Positions 54,148 through 64,000 of a stretch of 64,000 nucleotides of DNA are shown in pieces. Within the stretch, counting starts at the first letter, position 1. Every line of letters begins with the position of its first letter. The position numbers and the translations under genes are program-made. The notes beneath the pieces were generated by a model. That model saw only the letters and a program-made list of their open reading frames with translations. It did not search any database and had not been told where the DNA came from. The DNA is from a virus (taxonomy: Duplodnaviria > Heunggongvirae > Uroviricota > Caudoviricetes): the IMG/VR virus record IMGVR_UViG_3300026533_000003, positions 37,772 through 101,771 of that record, one strand, 5' to 3'.

Positions 54148-55853
54148 TGGCAGCTAAGGCAATAGGGGTATTTGACCTAGACCAAGCACTAGACTCAGTT
54201 GATCTTAGCTTTAACGGGTATAGTCCTTCTGAGGATGCCTTAGAGTTCTTCGCACTGATGCGGCTGGTACAAGGAGAGGATTTCGAGTTCAGTACCCCTC
54301 TATTTCACTATTGGCTCGTAGACCTAATGTTTGGAAAGATTGAGAGGGAGAATTACCCTTACTCCAAGGTAGTTAGGGATAGCATCACAGTTAACCCTAA
54401 GCGGATATGTATTGTGGCCTCCCGTGGTGTCGCTAAGTCCACAGTGGTAACTACATTCTACCCTATCTATTGTGCTATTAAAGGCAAGACACCTGATGGA
54501 TTAACTTCAGAGTTTCACTTAATGGTAGCAGCATCACAACAGGGTGGTGGACGAGTTATGGCCAAGGCTGTACAGTCTATGTGTGAGGATAGTGTATTCT
54601 GTAATAACTATTTTGAGAGTATGCGGTTTACAGAAACAGAGAGTGAGTTCATACGCAAAGGAGTAGCTAAGACTAAGAAGAGGGTGTTCCTGGCCAGGTA
54701 TATAGGTATTGGTGGAGGTATCCGTGGTATCCGTTCTAATATAGGTGCTGAAAGACCAGACCATATTATCTTTGACGATGTTATTCTAAACTCAGATGCA
54801 GCATACTCCGATACGATAATGAAGTCACTTAGGAATACTATCAATGCGGATGCTATCAATGCATTAAAGGGTGGAGGCAGAGGTAAGATCTTCTCAGTGG
54901 CCACACCATTCCACTTACTGGATCCTATTATAGAGATGCTGACAGGAGGCGCTTATACACCTGTTGCTATCCCTATCTGTGAGAAGATAACTGAGACTAC
55001 TACGGAGGAGGAGTTCGTAGGGGTATGGCCATCTATGCACCCTTATCATGCTGTGATAGAGCAGTACCAATCAGCTGTAGCCTCTAAGGCCACTAGAGAG
55101 TTCAACCAGGAGCGTATGCTTAGGATTAGTTCAGACGAAGATAGGATGATCCCTGATGACCTAATTGATTGGTACAGTAGAAAGACACTACTTAAGAACA
55201 TTGATGGATATAACATCTACATAACAACAGACTTTACTACAACCTCTGAGGCTAAGTCAGACTTCTCTGCACTGGCGGTATGGGGTGTTAATAGTGAGAA
55301 GCACTTCTTCCTACTAGACCTATGTGTTAGAAGGCAAAGTATTGGAGAGCAGTACGAAGAGCTCTTTAGGATGGTAAACTTCTGGAAATCTATGGGTAAA
55401 ACAGTAGAGGTTGGTGTAGAGGTAGATGGGCAACAAAAGGCCCATATCTTTGCACTGAAGGAGATGATGGTTAAGAAGAATGAGTGGTTTAGCTTTGCAA
55501 GACAGAAGGGTGCTAAGTATGGGTCTGAAGGCATCCTTAGTAGAAGCTCAGGAGGTAACAAGCACTCTAGGTTTAGAATGATGCTACCACAGTTTCAGAA
55601 TATGATGTTTCACTTCCCAGAGGAGATAAGAGATACTCCTGATATGGAGGAAGCACTTAAGCAGCTCAAGTATACTACCTGGGAAGCCTTTGGTGGTCAT
55701 GATGATTTCTGTGATGTAGTCAGTCAGCTAGGTATGATGGAGATCTACTACCCCTCTGTAAAGGCCTTTAGTGCACCATCATATAAAGATAGATCGATAT
55801 GGGAAGATGTTAAGGATACTTCATCGGTATCCGCATATTCAAGTTATTCCTAG
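54147..55853 (+). CDS. terminase large subunit
   Basis: Walker A 'IVASRGVAKST', Walker B 'HIIFDDV', and a C-terminal RNase-H-like nuclease with 'ITTDFTTTS' and 'LLDLCVRR'; 568 aa. Confidence 0.85.
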   Translation: MAAKAIGVFDLDQALDSVDLSFNGYSPSEDALEFFALMRLVQGEDFEFSTPLFHYWLVDLMFGKIERENYPYSKVVRDSITVNPKRICIVASRGVAKSTVVTTFYPIYCAIKGKTPDGLTSEFHLMVAASQQGGGRVMAKAVQSMCEDSVFCNNYFESMRFTETESEFIRKGVAKTKKRVFLARYIGIGGGIRGIRSNIGAERPDHIIFDDVILNSDAAYSDTIMKSLRNTINADAINALKGGGRGKIFSVATPFHLLDPIIEMLTGGAYTPVAIPICEKITETTTEEEFVGVWPSMHPYHAVIEQYQSAVASKATREFNQERMLRISSDEDRMIPDDLIDWYSRKTLLKNIDGYNIYITTDFTTTSEAKSDFSALAVWGVNSEKHFFLLDLCVRRQSIGEQYEELFRMVNFWKSMGKTVEVGVEVDGQQKAHIFALKEMMVKKNEWFSFARQKGAKYGSEGILSRSSGGNKHSRFRMMLPQFQNMMFHFPEEIRDTPDMEEALKQLKYTTWEAFGGHDDFCDVVSQLGMMEIYYPSVKAFSAPSYKDRSIWEDVKDTSSVSAYSSYS

Positions 55854-55861
55854 GAGGATTA

Positions 55862-56137
55862 ATGTTTAGTACTATACAAAGCTACCTTGCAGCAGCAGGG
55901 GCTATATTGGTTATGGGGTTTGCTCTTATATTTAAAATGAGAGGGGATACCATTGAGGAACTTAAAGTAGAAGTGGGCTCAGCAAGAGCAGAGGTTGAGG
56001 TGGCTAACGCTGTCTCAGGTATAGTTGCAGACCACGAGAAGTTTACAGACAAGCTACAAGATGAAGCTAAAGACACGGAGGTGGCAATTGCTAAAGAGAC
56101 TAACAGTTACAATCCTGGCGACACTATTACTATTTAG
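55862..56137 (+). CDS. i-spanin (Rz-like; N-terminal TM plus periplasmic helical domain)
   Basis: TM helix 'AAGAILVMGFALIF' followed by a charged helical domain; contains an embedded +1-frame lipoprotein gene. Confidence 0.5.
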   Translation: MFSTIQSYLAAAGAILVMGFALIFKMRGDTIEELKVEVGSARAEVEVANAVSGIVADHEKFTDKLQDEAKDTEVAIAKETNSYNPGDTITI

Positions 56138-56372
56138 TGGCTGTACCAGGATTATTGAGAAACCGGTATTGGTTGAGACACAATGCCCTAGGCTAGTTAC
56201 TATCCCTGAGGTAGATACTCTGACTATAGTAGTTGGAGAGGATGGTAAGCTTACACAACATAGCCTAAACGCGCTAGTTAACACTAGTAAGGCATTACGT
56301 AGGACAGAGCAGTTCTACTTATGGCAAATAAATAAGTACAACGCTAAGTACAGTTACCCTATTGACAAGTAA
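56061..56372 (+). CDS. o-spanin (Rz1-like lipoprotein), overlapped with the i-spanin gene
   Basis: 'MKLKTRRWQLLKRLTVTILATLLLFSGC' is a signal peptide plus lipobox. It starts inside the i-spanin ORF in a different frame. The tracked ORF starts at 56025. Confidence 0.5.
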   Translation: MKLKTRRWQLLKRLTVTILATLLLFSGCTRIIEKPVLVETQCPRLVTIPEVDTLTIVVGEDGKLTQHSLNALVNTSKALRRTEQFYLWQINKYNAKYSYPIDK

Positions 56373-56418
56373 TGCCACTTAAGGTATCATTCGGTAATTA
56401 AAATTACAGGATGCCTAA

Positions 56419-56868
56419 ATGACTTACGACACACTAAAAGCTATCACTGCTGGGCTTCTTACGGGAGATAATGTACTCCCTAAGGATGACCTAGTCCTAC
56501 AAGGCCTGGTTCAGTACGCACTAACCACAGTAGCTACACAGGCTGATTCCCTACATCTAATGACTTTAAGCACCACTGCTAATGTACTACGCCTTGCACA
56601 AGGTGACTACCTTATTAGGATGCCTGCTACTCCAACCGAGGGGACAGACCTAATAGATATTGATGAAGAGCTTACATTTGCTGTAGCTAGATATTTAGCT
56701 AGTTATGTAAGTAAGGAGAAGGGCGGTATACATGTACAAGCTGCTGATAGAATCATTAAAGACTATAATGGCAAGACTTATGAGATTACAGATCAAATGC
56801 AACTAGAAGCTGCACATGAAGGGTTACTGGATAGCTGCCCTCCAGGTTCAACTGAGTTCGTGCTATGA
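56419..56868 (+). CDS. hypothetical structural-region protein
   Basis: 149-aa ORF. Confidence 0.3.
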   Translation: MTYDTLKAITAGLLTGDNVLPKDDLVLQGLVQYALTTVATQADSLHLMTLSTTANVLRLAQGDYLIRMPATPTEGTDLIDIDEELTFAVARYLASYVSKEKGGIHVQAADRIIKDYNGKTYEITDQMQLEAAHEGLLDSCPPGSTEFVL

Positions 56869-57350
56869 CCTTAGACGATATATGGAAACTTAAGGACTGC
56901 AACCTACCTACTAAGGGCTCTTTAGATGGGGCAACAGTAAAGCCGATATCTAGGCTTGGGGACCTTAGTAATAAAGTATCACTAGGCACCGCTGCTGTAT
57001 TTATATCAAAGAGCTCTTTCGATGAACATATACCATATAGTAGAGAGTACGATAATACCACAGGGCTTCTGACTATATACATGAATTACCACTTCATTAA
57101 AGAGGTCAGGAGGCAACTTAGTGTAGACGTGCCTGCAGAAGAATCAAAGTTCAGCCCTGAGGAAGAGGTTCTTTACACAGAATATGCTGGCTGGACAGAT
57201 CTCGGTGCAGGAGCTGGTGAACATTTGCTAGCATTTACAGCCTTAGATAAATGGTTAGTGGATGAGGTAATGGATGAATTACATCCAGTACTTGATCGCA
57301 CTTATGACAAGACACACAAGTGGAGAAAAACAGATGAAAGGACAGACTAA
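56865..57350 (+). CDS. hypothetical structural-region protein
   Basis: 161-aa ORF. Confidence 0.3.
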   Translation: MTLDDIWKLKDCNLPTKGSLDGATVKPISRLGDLSNKVSLGTAAVFISKSSFDEHIPYSREYDNTTGLLTIYMNYHFIKEVRRQLSVDVPAEESKFSPEEEVLYTEYAGWTDLGAGAGEHLLAFTALDKWLVDEVMDELHPVLDRTYDKTHKWRKTDERTD

Positions 57351-60300
57351 TGGCTAGTGATTTTTTAAAGCAGGTAAGAGAGATAAGGGGTACAGGTACA
57401 CCAGAGGTTGCACCTACTGATGGAATGTATCATGATATAGCTATTAAGACTACCGATACTGATGGTACACCTAGGTTAGGTGATGGTATGTATGGCAGTA
57501 TGAAAGCCATGTATGGCGGTGTTGTGCCTGTGGTGGAGGACTTAGATAAGATCATTATAGTTAGTGATAATATAGTTAGTGTAATCGGCGTTGCCGATAG
57601 TATAACAGATGTTAACGTAGTCTCAGCAAATATGTCGGCTGTTGCTTCTGTAGCGCTTAATGAGGCTAACATTAATGTAGTTGCAGCAGATATAGCTAAT
57701 GTTAATACTGTGGCTACTAATATAGCTAACGTTAACACGGTGGCTAATTCGTCTACTGAGGTTATTACTGTTGCAGATAATATAGTTGATGTAACCGTTG
57801 TAGCTGCTAATGATGTTAATGTAACTGTTGTTGGCGGTAATATGCCTGATATTAATACTGTTGCTGCTGACACAGTTGCGGTTAACACTGTAGCGGGTAT
57901 TTCAGCTGATGTTACTACAGTTTCTACCGACTCTGCTGATGTTGTTACAGTTGCTTCTAACATAGCTGATGTTACTTCTGTAGCTGATAATATGGCCGAT
58001 GTTAACAACTACGCTAGGACTTACTACGGCAGCCTTACTATAGACCCAACTATAACCACACATCCAACGTTAAGTGTTGGTGACTTGTACTTCAACACCA
58101 CTATAGATATGCTGAAAGTGTATGAGGTTAGTGGTAATTGGACTAATACAGTAAGTACTGTTAATGGCACTAGTGCTAGAGACTCTTTTGTTGCAACGTC
58201 TGGTCAGACGGTGTTCACCCCTTCTGGTGGGTATGACTCAGGATTTATAGATGTATACAAGAACGGTATTAAACTTGTTGATGGGACTGACTTCATAGCT
58301 ACTGATGGTATTGCACTAACTCTATCGCAGGGTGCAGTACTTAATGACTCTATTGAGACAATTGCTTATGGTATCTTTACACTTGCTAATCACTACACTA
58401 AGCTGGAGGCAGACCAAAGAGATGCTTTGAGCACTAAGTGGAAAGGGTTATGGGCTGAAGGGCTGTACGTAACTAATGATATGGCTAGGGATGGGGATTG
58501 GCTAATGGTAGCTAATAAACCTACTAGTGATAGACCAGCACCTCAGCCTAATGGGGAAGTCGAGCATGATACTATTGATGGTACTTTTTTGCCTTCTCAG
58601 TACACTGGTATTGTTTCTATGGAGCATACATACACTATGCTGCAAGCAGGGTGGATCAAGTCACTAAGTATTAAAGTACCTACTTACACCCCTGAATACA
58701 TGTCAAGGGTTATTGTTACTAACGTTACTAATAATGAAGTTACCGTTTATGACAACCCTATCCTTAAAGGTGGTGAGTGGGTTAGTCTTAAGACAGCTAC
58801 AGTTACTACTACTATAGGAGCACAGTTCAAGGTTAAGCTAGAGCTTTACTCCAATGAGAACTCCGCTGTTCTCTCAGGTATATGGGATTCTAACTTAAAC
58901 GATAGCCCTTCAGCAGGTGAGGTTTACTTAGATGACTCCTCAACTCCTACTATAATCACATATAATAACTTTGACTTAGATGGTGTAGATAGAACTACAG
59001 AGCTACAAGGTGTTGTCATAGGTAGTACAATAGATCTTAAGCAACGTACAGATGCTAGTAGGTACTTAACAGTTACAGTAGACTCTATAAGTACTGCAAC
59101 TGCAGGTGAGACAACATATGCAGTAACTCCAGTACTTACAGGTAAAGACCTTAAAGATGGTAAAGAACTTGTATCAGGTATACAACAAGCTTCAACAGTT
59201 CCTACAGAGTATGGCAGTATTGATAACTTCTACTCAGCAGGTACTCCTACATGGGGAGATATTACTACAACATTAAACCTAGGCGGGCTAGTGCAACCAG
59301 TAGTAGGTACGGAAGCGTATGGTATTGATGTAGGGTTCCAAGATGCTTATATAAGCCCGGACTGGGATATTATGAGCACTAGCGGCAGTGGGTCTGGAGG
59401 AGCTACTTCTATAGGAGATGCCCCTAATAATGGCCTTCGCCATACTCGTAGGAATGGCAGCTGGGAAGCAGAGAGTAATGAATCTAGCCCTACTGGACTT
59501 ATTGATGGAGGGGAGCTTAATATAGTCGGTGGTGGAGCTGATGTAGAGGTTTTAGCTGGTGAGGGAGTTAAGGTTGATTCTTATACTAACCCTTACGGGG
59601 CCCCTGCGGTTACTAGACTAAGCTGGAATAGGCTACAAGCAACTATCGTATCTGCTGGTGTCGCAGGTAACATTGTGTACCTAACGTTGGCTGAAGGTGC
59701 CTTAGATGGTCCTGTTGCTAACACTAAAGAAGTGGTACTGAAGCAGTATGTTGTACAGCCAACTCCCCACGAGGCTAGAGATGAAGTCTATTTGGGATAC
59801 GTTTTACATAATGGTACAAGTTGGGGAGAAGTATCAGCACCAGTAGTTGTAAACAACTCAGCTATAACTTTACATGAATACCTTAAAACAGTTAAAGGCC
59901 CATCGTTTACACAAGTTGGTGGCACAGTTACACAACATGCTACTAACTTCACACTAGATAGAGAAGCAGGTATTGTATGGGAACTAAATAGGAACTGGCA
60001 TATAGATAAGAAAGATCCTCACAGAGAGTCATTCAATGCTCAGCCAGAGTTCCAGTTCAAGTACGTTAATAGGGACTTCAGCTCTGTTACTGGCTACACT
60101 AGTACAGTTGACTTAACTCTTTTTGATGATGGTACTGGAGTAGTTACTAACCCTGGAGGCATAAAGAGCACATCTCCTCAGAGGTTATATATTGACCAGA
60201 GGGACAACTACTGGGTTTTAGTAGGACAAGTACTACATGATAACTTCAAAGAGGCTGTAGCTAGACTACCACTAGATGATAACGAGACTGAAGTACCCGC

Positions 60301-61102
60301 ACTATTACAGAACGCTATCTTTTTAGGGTACATAGTAGGCGAACAGGCTAAGTCTAACTGGGAACTAGAGAAGGCTAGGTTTGTTCCTCACTCAGATATA
60401 GGAGGAGCAGGTGGTGGTGGTGATATGCTATCATCAGTCTACGACACTGATGGGGATGGAGTTGTAGATGACTCTGCGAAGCTAGGTGGGCAACTGCCTA
60501 GTTATTATGCTACCTTTGGGCAAGTTAACGCTAAAGTGAACCTATCCGGTGATACTATGACGGGTGACCTTACAGTCCCTAACGTAGTTACTCCAGGGTT
60601 GGTAGATGGTAGAGATGTATCTGTAGATGGTACTAAGCTAGATGGGATAGAGTCCGGGGCTACGGCTGATCAGACTGCAGCTGAGATAGAGACACTTTAC
60701 GAGAGTATTACCAATACTAATAAGTACACAGATACCTCTGTTTCTAAACTAGCAGGTATTGAGCCAGGCGCTACACAGGATCAGACAGGTGCAGAGATAA
60801 AAGTAGTTTATGAGGCTGAGCCTAACACTAACGCCTTTACAGATTCTGATAAGTCAGCTATACTTGCACTTAACGTTAATGCACCTAAGGAGCTAGCTGC
60901 GTTAGATATAATTGATATGCAGTATACTAATGGTGATTTATCTAAGATTATTTACGCCGGGACTAACAATTTTGAGGACTTCTCGTATGATATAGATGGA
61001 TTATCAGCTATAGCTCATACAGTTAATGGGATACTAAAAGGTAACTCAGCATTAAGCTACGTAGCAGGTAATCTGGTATCAGTAGTATTTACAGCTATAT
61101 AG
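57350..61102 (+). CDS. tail fibre protein (1250 aa) with N-terminal 10-aa tandem repeat array
   Basis: About 14 consecutive 10-residue repeats (NVVAADIANV / NTVATNIANV ...). C-terminal repeats 'GIESGATADQTAAEIETLYE' and 'GIEPGATQDQTGAEIKVVYE'. Shares an N-terminal domain with 61292..62554. Confidence 0.7.
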   Translation: MASDFLKQVREIRGTGTPEVAPTDGMYHDIAIKTTDTDGTPRLGDGMYGSMKAMYGGVVPVVEDLDKIIIVSDNIVSVIGVADSITDVNVVSANMSAVASVALNEANINVVAADIANVNTVATNIANVNTVANSSTEVITVADNIVDVTVVAANDVNVTVVGGNMPDINTVAADTVAVNTVAGISADVTTVSTDSADVVTVASNIADVTSVADNMADVNNYARTYYGSLTIDPTITTHPTLSVGDLYFNTTIDMLKVYEVSGNWTNTVSTVNGTSARDSFVATSGQTVFTPSGGYDSGFIDVYKNGIKLVDGTDFIATDGIALTLSQGAVLNDSIETIAYGIFTLANHYTKLEADQRDALSTKWKGLWAEGLYVTNDMARDGDWLMVANKPTSDRPAPQPNGEVEHDTIDGTFLPSQYTGIVSMEHTYTMLQAGWIKSLSIKVPTYTPEYMSRVIVTNVTNNEVTVYDNPILKGGEWVSLKTATVTTTIGAQFKVKLELYSNENSAVLSGIWDSNLNDSPSAGEVYLDDSSTPTIITYNNFDLDGVDRTTELQGVVIGSTIDLKQRTDASRYLTVTVDSISTATAGETTYAVTPVLTGKDLKDGKELVSGIQQASTVPTEYGSIDNFYSAGTPTWGDITTTLNLGGLVQPVVGTEAYGIDVGFQDAYISPDWDIMSTSGSGSGGATSIGDAPNNGLRHTRRNGSWEAESNESSPTGLIDGGELNIVGGGADVEVLAGEGVKVDSYTNPYGAPAVTRLSWNRLQATIVSAGVAGNIVYLTLAEGALDGPVANTKEVVLKQYVVQPTPHEARDEVYLGYVLHNGTSWGEVSAPVVVNNSAITLHEYLKTVKGPSFTQVGGTVTQHATNFTLDREAGIVWELNRNWHIDKKDPHRESFNAQPEFQFKYVNRDFSSVTGYTSTVDLTLFDDGTGVVTNPGGIKSTSPQRLYIDQRDNYWVLVGQVLHDNFKEAVARLPLDDNETEVPALLQNAIFLGYIVGEQAKSNWELEKARFVPHSDIGGAGGGGDMLSSVYDTDGDGVVDDSAKLGGQLPSYYATFGQVNAKVNLSGDTMTGDLTVPNVVTPGLVDGRDVSVDGTKLDGIESGATADQTAAEIETLYESITNTNKYTDTSVSKLAGIEPGATQDQTGAEIKVVYEAEPNTNAFTDSDKSAILALNVNAPKELAALDIIDMQYTNGDLSKIIYAGTNNFEDFSYDIDGLSAIAHTVNGILKGNSALSYVAGNLVSVVFTAI

Positions 61103-61291
61103 CAAAATAAACGGAGGTGTGACATCGATGCAGTAAGTTACGCACATAGTGCAGCACAGGCTAAGAGGATTGATAATCTATTTCATGTAGGGGAAACAGA
61201 GCCCTCAAAGATAGTAGTAGGGCAGGAGTGGTATGTACCTACAACAGGTAAGACCTATAAGAGGACCAATGATGGTGCTAATGATGTTTGG

Positions 61292-62554
61292 GTGGATATT
61301 GGTGCTACAGGTGCTAACTCTGCTATAAAGAAGTCAGAGAGCTTCGTAGCCGGTACTCCTAGTGGAGTGTACGATGGAGACCTAACTACATTTACACTCC
61401 TCAAAGGCTATACAGATGGGTATGTAGATGTATTCAGAGAAGGTATGAAACTAGGGCCCACTGAATACTCAGCAGTTGATAGCGCTACTATAGTACTAGC
61501 GTTACCAGCGGTAGCAGGGGATATAATTGATGTGCAGGCATTTGGTAACTTCAATGTAGCTGAACACTACACTAAGCCAGAAGCTAATGCATTGTTAGAT
61601 ACTAAGGCAGACCTAGGAGGTAGTGCGGCTAATACTTTTAAAGTAGGATTTGGGGTACTTGCTGATGAGGCGGTACAGAGGGTACAACTAGATACTAAAG
61701 CGGATCTTAGCTATGTTGACGCCAAACCTACTGGTAGAAAAAACCTACTTATTAATGGTGGGTTTGATATATGGCAGAGAGGTGAGGGTTTTACAAGTGT
61801 TGCTGGAAAGTACCATGCTGATAGATTTGGAAATGGAAGTGGTTTTATAGATGCAACAAAGAGTACAATGTTGTTAAATGGCACAAATGTAAACTCTATA
61901 CTCCTAACAAACTCCTCTACAACAAACTCTACACAACTTAGAGGTAATGTAGAGTTACAAAGTTTAACAAGCATATCTCCTTTTATACCTAATAAAGAGT
62001 ATACAGTTTCTTTTTATGTGCAAGTACAAGAAGACAGTGCTATAGATGTAGGACTATTTTGGGGACATGGGTTAGTAGCAACTACTAGCATTGATGTTAT
62101 TAAGACAACAAGTTTATTAAATGGAGTTGTTACTAAAGTAGAGCAAACTTTCACTATTAATACTTTACCAGATGGGATTAATGATACATCATTGGTGTTT
62201 TTTATAGATAGTAAGGCATCGGTGTCAAACCTTAATATTACTCAGGTACAACTAGAACAAGGCTCAGTAGCTACACCTTTTGAGATACTACCTATAGGTG
62301 AGACTTTGAGTTTATGCCAGAGATACTATGAGGTAGGTAATATTGTTTTTTCTTCGGCAACTTCCGACAATGATAGAATAATTCAAATGTTTCAATATAA
62401 ACAGTCAAAAAGAGTACTACCAACAATTGTTGTTACTAGCATACCCGGAACAGTTGAACTTCGTGATATATTTGATGACTCAGCAAGATTAGACAATACT
62501 CAGGTCGGGACACAATCGCAAGCAACATTAACAATTGATGCAGAAATTTACTAG
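61292..62554 (+). CDS. tail fibre protein 2 (receptor-binding tip candidate)
   Basis: N-terminal 'GYTDGYVDVFREGMKLG..NFNVAEHYTKPEANALLDTK' is paralogous to 'GFIDVYKNGIKLV..TLANHYTKLEADQRDALSTK' in the 1250-aa fibre. C-terminal module shared with 63076..>64000. Confidence 0.65.
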   Translation: MDIGATGANSAIKKSESFVAGTPSGVYDGDLTTFTLLKGYTDGYVDVFREGMKLGPTEYSAVDSATIVLALPAVAGDIIDVQAFGNFNVAEHYTKPEANALLDTKADLGGSAANTFKVGFGVLADEAVQRVQLDTKADLSYVDAKPTGRKNLLINGGFDIWQRGEGFTSVAGKYHADRFGNGSGFIDATKSTMLLNGTNVNSILLTNSSTTNSTQLRGNVELQSLTSISPFIPNKEYTVSFYVQVQEDSAIDVGLFWGHGLVATTSIDVIKTTSLLNGVVTKVEQTFTINTLPDGINDTSLVFFIDSKASVSNLNITQVQLEQGSVATPFEILPIGETLSLCQRYYEVGNIVFSSATSDNDRIIQMFQYKQSKRVLPTIVVTSIPGTVELRDIFDDSARLDNTQVGTQSQATLTIDAEIY

Positions 62555-62563
62555 GAAAATAAA

Positions 62564-63076
62564 ATGATAATAACTAAATTAAAATACACAGAAGATACTC
62601 TCAATTGGGTATCAGTAGAGTTTGAAGATGGAACTAAAGGACAGTCTAGTTTAACAGATGGTATTCGCAGACAATATACAGATGATGTTCAAGCTTATCT
62701 AGATGATGGTGGTATAGTAGAACCACAGTATACATTGCCGGACCTCAGAGCACAGAAAAAAGCCGAGTTACAGGCAGGATACAATACTGCTATCCACAAG
62801 GATATCAGTTACATGGGTAACATGTTTCAAGCTGGTGAAGGTTCACAGAGCACTCTAAGCAAGGTACTAGCAACTGGGTCAGTACCGGCAGGATTCTTCT
62901 GGATGTCCTCAGAGAACGTCACCGTGGCAATGGATTACGTAGAGTTACAGGGGCTTGCTTCGGCACTACTACTACGTGGGCAGTTGTGCTTTATCGAGCT
63001 ACAGCGCCTTAAAGGCCAACTCTCTATGACAACTACAGAGAAGGCTATAAGCAAAATTGTATGGAAGGATAACTAA
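62564..63076 (+). CDS. putative tail-fibre assembly/chaperone protein
   Basis: 170 aa between two fibre genes. Called by position only. Confidence 0.3.
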   Translation: MIITKLKYTEDTLNWVSVEFEDGTKGQSSLTDGIRRQYTDDVQAYLDDGGIVEPQYTLPDLRAQKKAELQAGYNTAIHKDISYMGNMFQAGEGSQSTLSKVLATGSVPAGFFWMSSENVTVAMDYVELQGLASALLLRGQLCFIELQRLKGQLSMTTTEKAISKIVWKDN

Positions 63077-64000
63077 TGGCATTTCCAATAGCACCCTCAG
63101 TAGGGGAAACTTACACACTGGGTAATATCCAGTACGAATGGAATGGGGTAGCCTGGGATGTCTCAGGATCTGTATCAGGGGATGCAGTAGCACTGAAAGC
63201 ATCCACTACGTACGTGGATAGCCAGGACTCACTTTTGGTAAGTAAGTCAGGTGATACCATGACTGGTAATCTTGAAGCACCAAGTATAAGTATAGGTGGA
63301 AATTATGTATCTCCTTACGGTAGAAAAAACCTACTTATTAATGGTGGGTTTGATATATGGAAGAGAGGTGAAAATAAGTCTGTTGCTTCAGGTAAATTCT
63401 TTGCAGATAGATGGTATTATAACACTGGAGGCACTTCATCAATAACAGCAAGCAAATATAGAGAAGGTTCAGCACAAGGTATATATGAGGGTTTAATATC
63501 TGCTCAATTACAAGGTAACGCAAGCTCATATAAAGACTATAGACACAGAATTGAGGATTGTGTTAGGTTGTCAGGAAAGACACTAACACTGTCATTTTTG
63601 ATGGTATCTGACTCAGTTGAAGATATAACTATATTTACTAGAAATGTATACAGTTCTACAGACTCAACTTCTTTTGTATCATCTATCATAGGACAAACAT
63701 CAGGTTTTCTTACTAAGTACACTTATACTTTTACTGTACCATCATACAATGGAGAGACTATAGATGAGAGTAATAGTATAGAACTAGTTATCAGACATGG
63801 GTCAGCATCAGGCACAGTTAGATTAGCACAAGTACAACTAGAACAAGGCTCAGTAGCTACACCTTTTGAGGTGCTACCTATAGGTGAGACTGATATGTTG
63901 TGTAAGAGATATTATCAGATTGCTAATTTTAGATTTAGAGGATATGGATTTTCTGCGGGAAGATCTGAACAGTCTATTTTCATTAATGAAATGAGAGTAA
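63076..64000 (+). CDS. tail fibre protein 3 (partial, continues beyond the window)
   Basis: ATG at 63076, open to the window end. Contains 'GRKNLLINGGFDIWKRGE' and 'VQLEQGSVATPFEVLPIGETDMLCKRYY', near-identical to the corresponding segments of 61292..62554. Confidence 0.6.
   Translation, partial: MAFPIAPSVGETYTLGNIQYEWNGVAWDVSGSVSGDAVALKASTTYVDSQDSLLVSKSGDTMTGNLEAPSISIGGNYVSPYGRKNLLINGGFDIWKRGENKSVASGKFFADRWYYNTGGTSSITASKYREGSAQGIYEGLISAQLQGNASSYKDYRHRIEDCVRLSGKTLTLSFLMVSDSVEDITIFTRNVYSSTDSTSFVSSIIGQTSGFLTKYTYTFTVPSYNGETIDESNSIELVIRHGSASGTVRLAQVQLEQGSVATPFEVLPIGETDMLCKRYYQIANFRFRGYGFSAGRSEQSIFINEMRV

Noticed and set aside
57430-58008. 192-aa minus-strand ORF inside the tail-fibre gene.
   Set aside because: It is the antisense reading of the 30-bp tandem repeat array, and its T/S/A-rich low-complexity product is an artefact.
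1-64000. Prophage, integration or CRISPR features.
   Set aside because: No integrase, recombinase, repressor, att-like flanks or repeat-spacer arrays were seen. The tRNA fragments sit inside a phage tRNA island, not at an integration junction.

Overview
The window reads as part of a lytic, tailed dsDNA phage genome. No integrase, repressor, CRISPR array or bacterial housekeeping genes are present. Positions 1 to about 50100 are one densely packed minus-strand early and replication region. A strand switch at about 50100-50850 leads into plus-strand genes: terminase, an overlapped spanin pair and three tail-fibre genes. Recognisable minus-strand content, from high to low coordinates: an array of small early genes preceded by five copies of a conserved 28-bp promoter-like motif. 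A T7-like single-subunit RNA polymerase broken into 4-5 ORFs. An envelope-associated cluster: SPFH lipoprotein, small transmembrane proteins, an OmpX-like beta-barrel and other lipoproteins. ThyX. A tRNA and non-coding RNA island with a freestanding HNH-AP2 homing endonuclease. An operon of a MoxR-like AAA+ ATPase, tandem small paralogs and a vWA/HExxH protein, in which the ATPase gene is split by a ~1.1 kb intron-like insertion carrying an HNH endonuclease. A family-A DNA polymerase whose 3'-5' exonuclease is encoded separately about 8 kb from the polymerase domain, which is itself interrupted by a GIY-YIG-like endonuclease insertion. Sak4-like ATPase, PD-(D/E)XK nuclease, DnaQ-like exonuclease, an SSB candidate, an Rnl2-like RNA ligase, class Ia RNR NrdAB, dNMP kinase and a second (DNA-ligase-like) ligase. 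The most interesting signals are the intron-split MoxR/vWA module, the fragmented ssRNAP with its candidate cognate promoters, the split and intron-interrupted DNA polymerase, and an unusual tRNA-like element with an ~85-nt insertion embedded in ~2 kb of structured non-coding DNA. All annotation is by eye from motifs. Coordinates of hand-derived features (introns, small ORFs, tRNAs, motifs) may be off by a few nt, and by up to ~10 nt in the 29200-29710 region.
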